Shown here one piece after another: positions 19,249-28,480 of a DNA stretch of 64,000 nt. The notes beneath the pieces were generated by a model, which searched no databases, was not told the DNA's origin, and saw only the letters and a list, made by a program, of their open reading frames with translations. The DNA comes from Candidatus Woesearchaeota archaeon (GTDB taxonomy: Archaea; Nanobdellota; Nanobdellia; Woesearchaeales; GW2011-AR4), in the NCBI GenBank assembly GCA_016181305.1, contig JACOZN010000005.1, forward strand, positions 5,323-69,322. The letters run 5' to 3'. Position 1 is the first letter of the stretch, and each line of letters starts with the position of its first letter. Made by a program: the position numbers and the translations under genes.

Positions 19249-20274
19249 ATGAAAGTTGCAGTCTATTACAACAACAAGGATGTAAGGATAGAAGAGCGCC
19301 CAGTTCCGGCAATAAGCGACGGCGAGATTCTTGTAAAGGTAATTGCTTCAGGAATCTGCGGCAGCGATGTCATGGAGTGGTACAGGATAAAGAAAGCGCC
19401 TCTTGTCCTGGGGCATGAATTCAGCGGCGTTATTGAAAAAACCGGCAAAAATGTGAAAAATTTCAAGATTGGCGACAGGGTTATGGTTTCCCATCATGTG
19501 CCGTGCATGAAATGCCATTACTGCCTGAACAACCACCATACTGCATGCGAAACACTCCATAAGACAAACATTGAGCCCGGAGGATTCTCGGAATACATAA
19601 GAGTCCCGAAAATAAATGTTGAATTAGGGACTTTTAAGCTGCCAGATGATATTTCTTTTGAAGAAGGCACTTTTGTCGAGCCTGTTGGGACTACTATAAG
19701 AGCGCAGAGGCTGGCAAATTTAAACAATAACCAAACATTGCTTGTAATCGGAAGCGGCATCTCTGGATTAATGCATATAAAATTGGCAAAATCAAAAGGC
19801 GTCAAAAAAATAATCGCAGCTGACATTAATGAATACAGGCTGAATGCTGCAAAAAAATTCGGGGCGGATTTTGCTTTGGATGCAAATCAAGATTTAATTG
19901 AAAAAATAAAAGAAATAAACGAAGAAAGGCTGGCAGATTTGGTAATTGTATGCGCAGGCGCAATGCCGGCTGCAAAGCAAGCCTTCCAATGCGTTGACAA
20001 GGGCGGCACAATCATGTTTTTTGCAGTTCCTAAGCCCGATGAACATTTTGAAATTCCAATAAATGATTTCTGGAGGAATGAAATAAAAATAATGACTTCT
20101 TACGGCGCTGCGCCGGATGATTTAAAAGAGTCATTGGAACTGATTAAAAATAAAAAGATAAATGTTGCTGATATGATAACGCACAGATTAAAGTTTGATG
20201 AAATACAGAAGGGGTTTCAGTTGGTTGCTGAGGCTAAAGATTCTTTGAAGGTTATTGTTTACCCAAATAAATAA
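19249..20274 (+). CDS. Zn-dependent medium-chain dehydrogenase (polyol/iditol dehydrogenase-like)
   Basis: GICGSD, GHEFSG, structural Zn motif CxxCxxCx7C, GSGISG Rossmann motif, and AD (NAD-type). Confidence 0.93.
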   Translation: MKVAVYYNNKDVRIEERPVPAISDGEILVKVIASGICGSDVMEWYRIKKAPLVLGHEFSGVIEKTGKNVKNFKIGDRVMVSHHVPCMKCHYCLNNHHTACETLHKTNIEPGGFSEYIRVPKINVELGTFKLPDDISFEEGTFVEPVGTTIRAQRLANLNNNQTLLVIGSGISGLMHIKLAKSKGVKKIIAADINEYRLNAAKKFGADFALDANQDLIEKIKEINEERLADLVIVCAGAMPAAKQAFQCVDKGGTIMFFAVPKPDEHFEIPINDFWRNEIKIMTSYGAAPDDLKESLELIKNKKINVADMITHRLKFDEIQKGFQLVAEAKDSLKVIVYPNK

Positions 20275-20341
20275 AATGTGAATAAAAATACAATAAAAAC
20301 TAATTCGTGAAAAAATAATCCGATAATGAAAATAAAATCAA

Positions 20342-20399
20342 AAAATCACGAGAGCGACTTTTTGCTGCAAAAGTTATTAAAGTAATCCGCTTGTGATTT
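20342..20399 (+). repeat. 58-bp structured element, copy 1 (identical to 60139-60196)
   Basis: AAAATCACGAGAGCGACTTTTTGCTGCAAAAGTTATTAAAGTAATCCGCTTGTGATTT, with self-complementary ends. Confidence 0.95.
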
Positions 20400-20411
20400 T
20401 TTTATTAAAAA

Positions 20412-21215
20412 TCATTCTCCGCCAATCACCGCACTCTTTATATCTTCCCTGCACCGGCAGTCAATGTAATTTATTTTTGGAATGGCTTCAAGTAGCAATT
20501 TTTTCACATTCTCGGCATTCTTGCGCATTGTTTTCAAAATCATCCCGATATTGACGCCGTCTTCATGCGGATGCCAGACATCGAAGTCCGTTGACATCGC
20601 GACAATCGCATAGCAAATCCCAGCTTCCCTTGCCAAAACAACTTCTGGCACAGTGCTCATGTTGATGACATCAGCATTCCATTGCCTGTACATGTGGCTC
20701 TCTGCCTTTGTAGAAAATCTAGGTCCTTCAATTGTTACAACCGTGCCTTTCTTGTGATGCTCAAATTTCATCTCTTTTGCGGCTTCTGCAAGCAGTTCCC
20801 TTAATCTTTTGCAAAAAGGCTCTGCCATCGGAATGTGGCAGACTTTATCAGAATCATAAAAAGTTTGATGCCTTTTTGTTGTCCTGTCAATGAACTGGTC
20901 GCAGAAAACCAAATGCCCGGGCTTTATCTCCTCCCTCAAAGAGCCGCATGCAGTTGTTGCAATTATATGGGTGCAGCCCTGCTCTTTCAATGCCATTATG
21001 TTTGCCCTGTAATTGACATTGCTCGGCATTATTGTGTGCTTTTTGCCGTGTCTTGCCAGAATCACAACGTTAACATTCCCTATTTTGCCTATTACTAAAG
21101 CGCTTGAGGGGTTGCCGAATCCTGTTGTTGAATTTATTTCTCTTGCATCTTTCAGAATTCTCGGATCTTCCAATCCAGAGCCGCCAATTATGCCGATTTT
21201 TATTATCCCAACCAC
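20412..21215 (-). CDS. mtnP: S-methyl-5'-thioadenosine phosphorylase
   Basis: [41 protein letters not shown] and TDFD motifs; exact start uncertain. Confidence 0.96.
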   Translation of the reverse strand: MVGIIKIGIIGGSGLEDPRILKDAREINSTTGFGNPSSALVIGKIGNVNVVILARHGKKHTIMPSNVNYRANIMALKEQGCTHIIATTACGSLREEIKPGHLVFCDQFIDRTTKRHQTFYDSDKVCHIPMAEPFCKRLRELLAEAAKEMKFEHHKKGTVVTIEGPRFSTKAESHMYRQWNADVINMSTVPEVVLAREAGICYAIVAMSTDFDVWHPHEDGVNIGMILKTMRKNAENVKKLLLEAIPKINYIDCRCREDIKSAVIGGE

Positions 21216-21230
21216 CTATTAATTATTAAT

Positions 21231-21287
21231 AAATCACAAGCTGGTCTCCTCACTCACCATGCTTATAGAGGACGCTCTCGTTATTTT
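21231..21287 (-). repeat. Diverged copy of the structured element, directly upstream of mtnP
   Basis: Minus strand AAAATAACGAGAGCG-TCCTC-N16-GAGGA-GACCA-GCTTGTGATTT. The ends match copies 1 and 2, and the inner stem covaries. Confidence 0.8.
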
Positions 21288-21328
21288 TTATTTAAAATTT
21301 TAATTTATTACATCAATTACAACAAAAT

Positions 21329-21883
21329 CTATTTCTCAGCCTTAACCTTTAATGGGCTTTTTATTGCTTTATCGCTTATGATTGCAGAGTTTCCGCTCGG
21401 GTCCTCAATTATGATTTTCTGCTTTTCCTGCCCCCACGCTATCCTTGTCAGCTTCTTCAGGAGGTTTTTTGCCTTCTGCCTGTCTTCGTCATCCTCTGCA
21501 GCCTCTTTCAGCGATTCAATCTGGTATTTTACCCTGTTCAGTATGCCCTCTATGTTTGTCACGTAGCCCTGCGCCGCAGGCCCGGGAGTTATTGTCGTGA
21601 CATGGGGTATTTTGACAGTTGCCTCGGATGACTTGACAACCCTTACTTTCATGTCCTCTTCGCTGGAAATCTCAAACTCGAACTTCACAGGCTCTTTCTG
21701 CTCTGTTGCCTCAACATCAGCCTTATGGTACTTGCAGTTGTTGCAGGTCATTGAGAAAAGATAAACCTTGCCGAAGTAAGGCACTTCTGTTTCCCTTTCC
21801 GTCAGAATCAATGTTTTTTCGTGGCACAGCGGGCAGAGCTGCTGCTCGAAATCACCTTCAGATACGCTTTCTTCTTTAGGCAT
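21329..21883 (-). CDS. ZPR1 zinc finger protein
   Basis: CPLC...PYFG....C..C, TNIEG and DPSGNS motifs. Confidence 0.95.
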   Translation of the reverse strand: MPKEESVSEGDFEQQLCPLCHEKTLILTERETEVPYFGKVYLFSMTCNNCKYHKADVEATEQKEPVKFEFEISSEEDMKVRVVKSSEATVKIPHVTTITPGPAAQGYVTNIEGILNRVKYQIESLKEAAEDDEDRQKAKNLLKKLTRIAWGQEKQKIIIEDPSGNSAIISDKAIKSPLKVKAEK

Positions 21884-21921
21884 AAACTCTTTAGAAAAGG
21901 GTTTATTTTTATAGTTTTCGG

Positions 21922-21969
21922 AAAAATCAAGATTTTTCCAGAACTCAGAAAATCGTTGATTTTTGATAG
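21922..21969. repeat. Short intergenic palindromes (AAAATC-n-GATTTT family)
   Basis: AAAAATC-AA-GATTTTT and GAAAATC-GTT-GATTTT in tandem; related sequences near 22820 and 45393. Confidence 0.55.
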
Positions 21970-21976
21970 TTTTTGG

Positions 21977-22228
21977 TTATTTAGGAAAGTATAGGAAAGC
22001 AGCCTGTGACGGAATCAAGTCAAGCGAAGTTTTGTAAAACTTTTTAATTGCTTCCCTAACATAAAACTCGACATTTTGTGCATGTTGGTCCTTCGGAACA
22101 GGAATGCCATGAGAATACAATGCATAGTTTAATAGTTCTCTCCTAATGCTATATGCTAGCCTACTAACTAAGGAATTAACTTCTACATCAGCTTTTAACC
22201 TTTGTCCAACGTCCCTCAAAGCACCCAT
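21977..22228 (-). CDS. Hypothetical orphan protein
   Basis: 83-aa A/T-rich ORF between sepF and the ZPR1 gene, on the same strand. Confidence 0.6.
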   Translation of the reverse strand: MGALRDVGQRLKADVEVNSLVSRLAYSIRRELLNYALYSHGIPVPKDQHAQNVEFYVREAIKKFYKTSLDLIPSQAAFLYFPK

Positions 22229-22261
22229 CTTTAGTAGAAGATTAAAATATCAAAAGAAAAC

Positions 22262-22693
22262 CTATTCCTCGTATTCAGCAACTTCCACGCTTTCTGCCTT
22301 CTTGCCTTCATCCTTTGAGGGCTTGGGTCCCCTGTATATGTGGGCAAAGTTCGGCACAGCTGCAATCCAGTTCTCTCCAAATCCCGCTATATCGCCTTCA
22401 ATGGCATCGCAGGTTTTCTTGAGCTTGTTGACCGCCCTTTTCAGCTCAACAAGGTCCTTGTCTTTCAGCGGCTTGATATTGACTAGTGCAATTGTGCGGC
22501 CTTCCCTCAATGCATCAAGTATTGGCTTTATATGCTCAAACTCCTCGATTATAAACGGCCTTACCATGAGCTTTGACTTTGCGTCTGCTGCAGACTCGCT
22601 TCCAAGCTCAACATATCCCTGCTCGGCTTCCTCAAACATCTCAGAACCAGAGCCGGTTCCCAGTTTTTCCTTCAGCTTGCTTAAAAATCCCAT
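22262..22693 (-). CDS. sepF: Cell division protein SepF (archaeal type)
   Basis: ILDALREG.TIALVNI.PL...LKRAV.KLK......GDIAG; AGGTGA precedes ATG 22693. Confidence 0.9.
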   Translation of the reverse strand: MGFLSKLKEKLGTGSGSEMFEEAEQGYVELGSESAADAKSKLMVRPFIIEEFEHIKPILDALREGRTIALVNIKPLKDKDLVELKRAVNKLKKTCDAIEGDIAGFGENWIAAVPNFAHIYRGPKPSKDEGKKAESVEVAEYEE

Positions 22694-22868
22694 CAAAATC
22701 ACCTTCTTATTTAGTTTAATATTTTTAAATCAGTTTCCCGTAAGTTAGCAGATATATAAATCTTTCTATTCTGCTGAGTAGTAAATAAAATTTTTAATTG
22801 GGAAGTGCAGGACAGGAACCTATCAAAAAGCTGAGAGATTTTGAGAGGCTCAGAAATTTCACGGATTT

Positions 22869-22884
22869 CGAAACCTTTTTATAA
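22869..22884 (+). promoter_or_regulatory. BRE-TATA promoter of rpl21e
   Basis: CGAAACC-TTTTTATAA about 22 bp before ATG 22906. Confidence 0.65.
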
Positions 22885-22905
22885 TCACCTCAGTTCCGAA
22901 AGCCC

Positions 22906-23196
22906 ATGGTAAAAAGAATCGGCGGGCTTAGGAGAAAAACAAGGTACAAGTTCAGGAAAGAGAAGAGGAGCAGGGGAAAGATAAGCTTTACAAACTACCT
23001 TCAGTCATTCAGTGCAGGCGACAGGGTTTACCTTAATGTCGAGCCAGCCGTGCAGAAAGGAATGTACCATCCGAGATTTATGGGCAGAACTGGCGTAATA
23101 AAAGGCAAAAGAGGAAAGTGCTACGAGGTGGCAATGAATGACATTGGCAAGGGAAAAACGTTGATAGTTCATCCAGTTCACTTAAGGAGGGCTTAA
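22906..23196 (+). CDS. rpl21e: 50S ribosomal protein eL21
   Basis: G.RRKTR, KGMYHPRFMGRTG and HPVHL motifs. Confidence 0.97.
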   Translation: MVKRIGGLRRKTRYKFRKEKRSRGKISFTNYLQSFSAGDRVYLNVEPAVQKGMYHPRFMGRTGVIKGKRGKCYEVAMNDIGKGKTLIVHPVHLRRA

Positions 23197-23197
23197 A

Positions 23198-23545
23198 ATG
23201 GCAGAAACCCAGATAATTTCGGAAACGCCAATCAATACGTACCAGCTGAAGAAAGAGCTCGAAAAAATAAAGAAAAGGGATGGCGAGCTGAATTTCAGGG
23301 CAAACAGGACTGAAGAGCACATAAGCCAGATTGCAACGCTTAAAAATGCCGATGAGCTGTTTGACAAGCTGATGAAGCTCAATATACCGAGGCTTAAGGA
23401 GCAGCATATCCACAAGATAATTGACATAAACCCGACTACCCTAAACGAGCTCAAGTCGCTCCTGCAGGGCTATACAATAACAATCAACAATGACTCAATG
23501 AAGAAGATTGTGGACGCAGTCAACGAATTCCTGGAAAAGAAGTGA
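23198..23545 (+). CDS. rpo4: RNA polymerase subunit Rpo4 (RpoF)
   Basis: Conserved position after rpl21e; ELNFR and KIIDINP.T..ELK motifs. Confidence 0.85.
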   Translation: MAETQIISETPINTYQLKKELEKIKKRDGELNFRANRTEEHISQIATLKNADELFDKLMKLNIPRLKEQHIHKIIDINPTTLNELKSLLQGYTITINNDSMKKIVDAVNEFLEKK

Positions 23546-23581
23546 ATTATACATAATCTTTATAAATACAGATATTTCTGT

Positions 23582-24484
23582 TTGCTGAAAATGGGAGTGG
23601 CAACAAGCGAGCAGCATCTAAGCCTAAACAGGAGGCTGGCGCAGGAATCGAACAGGCTTGTGAAAAGGTTCAGCAACAAAAGCTATTCAAAAATTGAAAA
23701 AATCCACAAGCTGCTGCCGAGGCGCGACATATCAGTTGAAAGAAAAAAGGAGCTTCTGGCTAAAAAGCTCCATAATGCGGTTGTTGCTGCATTTTCAATC
23801 GACAAGGGTAAGTTCAATAAATCAAGCCTTGAAGCGCTGAAAAGAAGAATTTCAGCCATTAGGGAGATGACAGGCAGGCTGAGGGGCATAAATTATTATA
23901 TTGAAACTTCGCTTTTAGATGATTTGAATGTCCCGATTAAAAAAAAGGGAAGTGCCGGATTAAGGCTGCAGGGAAGCCTTGCAAGGGACGAGATTGAAGC
24001 GCTTGAGTACGCAGCCTATAAGCTGATAGAAGGCGCTGCAATGCTGGACAAAAGGCTGCTGGACAAATACTCGCGGAAAAAGAGCATAATCCTAAAAAAG
24101 CAGAAGATGAAAACCAAAGACTTGGAGTTTGTGCTGGGAAAGGAATCTGCTGCCCTGGAGCACCTCGAGGCAAAACTGCCTCCGCCGAGGGCAATTGGCA
24201 TGGCTTTGTTAAAAGAGCCGGCATTCACGCACTGGGCTGCAAGGGTGTTCGCCCTTTTGTCGTATTTTGAGCATATGCACCATAAGGAAAGGGGAATTTT
24301 AAGCGGGCTTAAAAAAAGAAAATCGGCAAAAAGGGCTATAAACAGAAAAATAGCCCATTTGATAAGGGAAAAATCAGAGCTGCTTGGGCTGATGCAGGAA
24401 AAGGCAGCCTCTATGGAAAAATTAAGATTGGATGGTGCAGCTAAAAGAGAGCTGCATAAATTTACTGCTGCAATAAGGCTTTGA
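23582..24484 (+). CDS. Hypothetical basic helical protein
   Basis: 300-aa K/R-rich ORF with a TATA-like TTTATAAATA upstream; the true start may be the in-frame ATG just downstream. Confidence 0.75.
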   Translation: MLKMGVATSEQHLSLNRRLAQESNRLVKRFSNKSYSKIEKIHKLLPRRDISVERKKELLAKKLHNAVVAAFSIDKGKFNKSSLEALKRRISAIREMTGRLRGINYYIETSLLDDLNVPIKKKGSAGLRLQGSLARDEIEALEYAAYKLIEGAAMLDKRLLDKYSRKKSIILKKQKMKTKDLEFVLGKESAALEHLEAKLPPPRAIGMALLKEPAFTHWAARVFALLSYFEHMHHKERGILSGLKKRKSAKRAINRKIAHLIREKSELLGLMQEKAASMEKLRLDGAAKRELHKFTAAIRL

Positions 24485-24493
24485 GGCTTGGAA

Positions 24494-25066
24494 ATGGAAC
24501 ATGAAAAAACCGAAAGGACGAAGGAGGAAACAGCCATAGTGCTTGATTTCCTCCCCAACGGCTATCATTACGACGAAAGGCCGATGTACATGAAGACTCC
24601 GATAGCCCAAGCCATAGGCAAGGAGTATTTTGTGCTCCTGGAGCTCGTGCCGAAGAAAGGCATTCATCTCCAGCCTTTTGAAGAAGTGTATATAGGGGAC
24701 GGCAAAAGGGACAAGATACACCATATAGTTGGCAAAATGAGCGTTGCAAAGCTCACAGCAACCGCAAAATCCGAGCTGGACTTTGTGATAAAAGACATAA
24801 TCAAAAAAAACGAGAAGAAGTTTATAGAGTTTTTTAACAGGGCGCAGCCGTTAAGCACAAGGATGCACCAGCTTGAGCTGCTGCCCGGGCTCGGGAAAAA
24901 GCACATGTGGCAGATAATAGAGGCAAGGCGCGATAAGCCCTTCGAGGATTTTTCAGACCTGAAAAACAGGGTGAAGCTGATGCCCGATCCTGAAAAAACC
25001 ATTATCAAGAGGATCCTGCAGGAGCTGGAAGGCTCTGAAAAGCACAGGATTTTTGTCGAAGCATGA
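24494..25066 (+). CDS. DUF655 RNA-binding protein
   Basis: IVLDFLP.G, AQAIG..YF.LLEL and RMHQLELLPGLGKK motifs. Confidence 0.95.
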   Translation: MEHEKTERTKEETAIVLDFLPNGYHYDERPMYMKTPIAQAIGKEYFVLLELVPKKGIHLQPFEEVYIGDGKRDKIHHIVGKMSVAKLTATAKSELDFVIKDIIKKNEKKFIEFFNRAQPLSTRMHQLELLPGLGKKHMWQIIEARRDKPFEDFSDLKNRVKLMPDPEKTIIKRILQELEGSEKHRIFVEA

Positions 25067-25073
25067 TTACGGC

Positions 25074-25694
25074 ATGCAAAACAGCATAAAATTCTGGAGG
25101 ATAAGCACTTCTGAAAAGGAGCTGAAAGACCTTCTGAAGGCATGGATTGCGGTTTCAATAGCGTTTGCAATAGCCATGAGGGGCTCGTCGCTTTTTTCGG
25201 CTGATTTTTATTTTAAATTTGTCGTCTCAGCCATGACTGTCGGCGCTGGATTCCTTCTTCACGAGCTTGGCCATAAGATTGCGGCTCAAAGATATGGCTG
25301 CTTTGCCGAATTCAGGTCATTCGACAACATGCTAATCCTTGCCGTTGCCATGTCATTTTTCCGGGTAATATTTGCAGCTCCTGGCGCCGTTATGATATCC
25401 GGAAGGGTAAACGCAAGAAAAAACGGCGTGATATCCGCTGCAGGGCCTGCCGTAAACCTGATATTGGCTTTGGCTTTTGCATCATTTTACTTTGCCCCCC
25501 TGCCGGGCCTGCTTAAATCCGTGGCATCTTACGGCTTTGTGATAAATACATGGCTTGCCCTGTTCAACATGATTCCTTTCTGGCTCTTTGACGGCTACAA
25601 GATATTTAAATGGAGCAGGTTAGCCTACTTTTCCATAGTCGGCATTGCCCTCGCCTTTATGGTCTCCCAGCAATTTATCCTCTTAAAGGCATGA
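25074..25694 (+). CDS. Site-2 protease family (M50) metalloprotease
   Basis: HELGH, AAGPAVN and FNMIP...FDG motifs. Confidence 0.93.
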   Translation: MQNSIKFWRISTSEKELKDLLKAWIAVSIAFAIAMRGSSLFSADFYFKFVVSAMTVGAGFLLHELGHKIAAQRYGCFAEFRSFDNMLILAVAMSFFRVIFAAPGAVMISGRVNARKNGVISAAGPAVNLILALAFASFYFAPLPGLLKSVASYGFVINTWLALFNMIPFWLFDGYKIFKWSRLAYFSIVGIALAFMVSQQFILLKA

Positions 25695-25837
25695 AAATGA
25701 AGCACAGCAGCCCAAAATGCCCAAACTGCGGAAGAAAACTGACGGAGAGCGAGCTTTACTGCTATTTTTGCGAGATGAGCCTGCCGGAGCCCGCTGAGAA
25801 AATCAGGAAAAAAGATGGAAATTCAGTGCCAAAATAA
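25691..25837 (+). CDS. Small zinc-ribbon protein
   Basis: MKMKHSSPKCPNCGRKLTESELYCYFCE...; ATGA overlap with the protease stop. Confidence 0.7.
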   Translation: MKMKHSSPKCPNCGRKLTESELYCYFCEMSLPEPAEKIRKKDGNSVPK

Positions 25838-26064
25838 AAAATAAATTTTGGGCAAATTCAAAAACAAAAAAATTTTAAGAACACGAAGAAAATTTTATCG
25901 TCGAGGAATCCAATCCAAAGAATTTTTGGCGTAAGAATATCGGGAAAAAATGCAAAAAAATCATAAAAATTGTCGTCGGAAAAAACAAAAAAAGAAAAGA
26001 TTTAAATACTACCTTTATAATTTATTTTAAATTGAAAAGAGGATTTTCAAACCGTGAATTTAAA

Positions 26065-26460
26065 ATGAGCGAATTTGGATTGCACGTTACAATCGATGCA
26101 TCAAGGTGCAACAAACAGAAGCTGATTTCAGTGCCCTTGGTGTATGATGTTCTAGACAACTTGCCTGCAAGGATAGGAATGACAAAGATGACTCTGCCCT
26201 ATGTGGTAAAATGGCTGGATAAGTTCTCGGAAGGAACTCCGGGCATTTCCGGGTTTGTCATGATTGCAGAAAGCCACATAAGCATCCACACATTCCCCGA
26301 CCAGGATTACGTGTTCATGGACATATTCTCGTGCAAGGAGTTTGACGCTGAGAAGGCAATAAGCTACCTTGTGAGGGCTTTTGAAGCCAAAAAATACGAA
26401 AAGCATGTCCTGAAGAGGGGCATGGACTTCCCGAGAAAGGTAATTTTAAGCCAGATGTAA
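26065..26460 (+). CDS. speD: Pyruvoyl-dependent AdoMetDC/SpeD-family decarboxylase proenzyme (SAM or arginine specificity unresolved)
   Basis: FGLH..ID, GISG..IAE|SHISIHTFP, DIFSC and RG motifs. Confidence 0.9.
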   Translation: MSEFGLHVTIDASRCNKQKLISVPLVYDVLDNLPARIGMTKMTLPYVVKWLDKFSEGTPGISGFVMIAESHISIHTFPDQDYVFMDIFSCKEFDAEKAISYLVRAFEAKKYEKHVLKRGMDFPRKVILSQM

Positions 26461-26541
26461 TCGAGTTTCCAGTTCTTAATCGGGATTTTTCCAATAACTT
26501 CAACAGAAGATTTTTATTCCGCTGGCTCTAACTACCCAATC

Positions 26542-27414
26542 ATGGCTAGAAATCCAATACACAATAAACTCAAAATCGGGCTTGTTCAGGCAAAAGTAAG
26601 CGATAAAGTTGATTCTAACCTGTCAAAGACGGCAAAGCTTGTCAGCCATGCGGCAAGAAAGGGGGCATCAATAGTCTGCCTTCAGGAGCTTTTTGCAACG
26701 CCTTATTTCTGCCAGCAGGAGAGAAAAGAATTGTTCAGGATGGCAGAGAAAATCCCGGGCAAAATCTCAAAATTCCTCTCAAAAACCGCAAAAACGAATA
26801 AAGTTGCATTGGTTGGCGGCTCTATTTTCGAAAAAGGCGAAGACAACAAATACTATAACACCTCCCTAATACTTGACGACAAGGGAAATTTAATTGGAAA
26901 ATACCGCAAGGTTCACATTCCTCACGATCCCGGCTATTACGAGCAGTATTATTTTAGTTCCGGCAATCTTGGCTATGTGCAGGCAGATTTCAACAATGTC
27001 AGGCTAGCGCCTTTGATATGTTATGACCAATGGTATCCTGAAGCAGCGAGAATAAATGCCCTAAGGGGGGCATCTGTCATTTTCTACCCAACTGCCATAG
27101 GCTGGACTGCTGACATGAAAGAAAACGAGCCATTTTCAGCTGAAAGGTGGCAAAACTCGATGTGCGGGCACGCCTCAATGAACGGCGTTTACGTAGCTGC
27201 TGCAAACAGGGTTGGCAAGGAGGGTGGCATAGATTTTTGGGGCGGTTCTTTTGTAACAGACCCATTTGGAGAGATTATTAAGAGAGCCAGCAGCTCTAAA
27301 GAAGAAGTTTTAATTGCCGAAATTGATTTAGGCAAAGTTGCAAGCTCTCAGGAAGGATGGGGTTTTCTTGAAAACAGAAAGCCCATGACTTACAGGGAAT
27401 TATACGAAATCTGA
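26542..27414 (+). CDS. aguB: N-carbamoylputrescine amidohydrolase (nitrilase family)
   Basis: CLQELF, YRKVHIP, ICYDQWYPE and YPTAIG motifs; adjacent to aguA. Confidence 0.9.
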   Translation: MARNPIHNKLKIGLVQAKVSDKVDSNLSKTAKLVSHAARKGASIVCLQELFATPYFCQQERKELFRMAEKIPGKISKFLSKTAKTNKVALVGGSIFEKGEDNKYYNTSLILDDKGNLIGKYRKVHIPHDPGYYEQYYFSSGNLGYVQADFNNVRLAPLICYDQWYPEAARINALRGASVIFYPTAIGWTADMKENEPFSAERWQNSMCGHASMNGVYVAAANRVGKEGGIDFWGGSFVTDPFGEIIKRASSSKEEVLIAEIDLGKVASSQEGWGFLENRKPMTYRELYEI

Positions 27415-27424
27415 TATTAATCTC

Positions 27425-28465
27425 ATGAATTCTCCAAAAGAACTCGGCTTTAGGATGCCTGCGGAATGGGAACCACAAGAAGCAATCTGGCTTGCATGGC
27501 CTCACAACAAGGACACATGGCCAGCTGAAATGCTTATGGAAGTTGAGGATTCCTATGCCAAATTTGTCAAAGTTTTGCATACCGGGCAGAAAGTTAAGAT
27601 TTTGGTTGGCAATCACGATTCTGAATTAAAAGTTAGGGAAAAGCTAAACCAAGCAGGGATAAACCTTTCCCAAATCATCCTTTACCAAATTGGCAATCAA
27701 GATGCTTGGATTAGGGACTATGGACCGACTTTTGTGGTAAACAACAAAGAAAACAAGCTTGCAATGGTTAAATGGGTATTCAATGCATGGGGCGACAAGT
27801 ACGATGATTTAAAGCCGGACAATGGAATTCCCTATGAAATGAATAAAATAATGAAATTGCCTCTTTTTGAGCCAGGAATTGTCTTGGAAGGCGGCTCTAT
27901 AGAAGCCAATGGCTCTGGGACATTGCTAACAACTGAGCAGTGCCTTTTAAGCAAAAATAGAAATTCAAATCTAAAGAAAGATGAAATTGAAAAGTATCTC
28001 AAAGACTACCTTAATGTTTCCAATATTTTATGGCTCAGGGAAGGGATTGCAGGAGACGACACTGATGGGCATATAGACGACATTGCAAGATTTGTAAACC
28101 AAAATACAGTGGTTTGCGCCTTTGAAGAAAACGAAAATGATGAAAATCACAGCATTTTACTTGAAAATTATAAGCTGTTGAGCCAAATGAGAGATGAAAG
28201 AGGCAATAAGCTGAATATCATAAAGCTCCCTATGCCTGGCTTTGTTGGAGATGATGAAAGAAGGTATCCGGCAAGCTACACAAACTTCTACATTGGCAAT
28301 GAAGCAGTTGTTGTGTCGATTTTTGGGCATGAGAATGACAGCAAAGCGCTTGAAATACTGCAAAAGCTTTTTCCAAATAGAAAAGTCGTTGGTGTAAACT
28401 GCAAAGCTATGGCGTATGGATTTGGAGCATTGCATTGTGTAAGCCAGCAGGAACCAAAAATTTAG
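27425..28465 (+). CDS. aguA: Agmatine deiminase
   Basis: RMPAEWEP, WIRDYGP, LEGGSI, DDTDGHID and G.LHCVSQQ motifs. Confidence 0.96.
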   Translation: MNSPKELGFRMPAEWEPQEAIWLAWPHNKDTWPAEMLMEVEDSYAKFVKVLHTGQKVKILVGNHDSELKVREKLNQAGINLSQIILYQIGNQDAWIRDYGPTFVVNNKENKLAMVKWVFNAWGDKYDDLKPDNGIPYEMNKIMKLPLFEPGIVLEGGSIEANGSGTLLTTEQCLLSKNRNSNLKKDEIEKYLKDYLNVSNILWLREGIAGDDTDGHIDDIARFVNQNTVVCAFEENENDENHSILLENYKLLSQMRDERGNKLNIIKLPMPGFVGDDERRYPASYTNFYIGNEAVVVSIFGHENDSKALEILQKLFPNRKVVGVNCKAMAYGFGALHCVSQQEPKI

Positions 28466-28480
28466 ATAGTTAAAATTTTC

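Noticed and set aside
21231-21287. SAH riboswitch upstream of mtnP (ACGAG-AGCG...CCA-GCTTGT resembles its P1)
   Set aside because: The CUGC core and the downstream CGCUC pseudoknot strand are absent, and sister copies sit at unrelated loci. Kept only as an unnamed motif.
25840-26030. A-rich intergenic stretch before speD as a possible riboswitch or repeat
   Set aside because: Low complexity, with no convincing stems or periodicity by eye.
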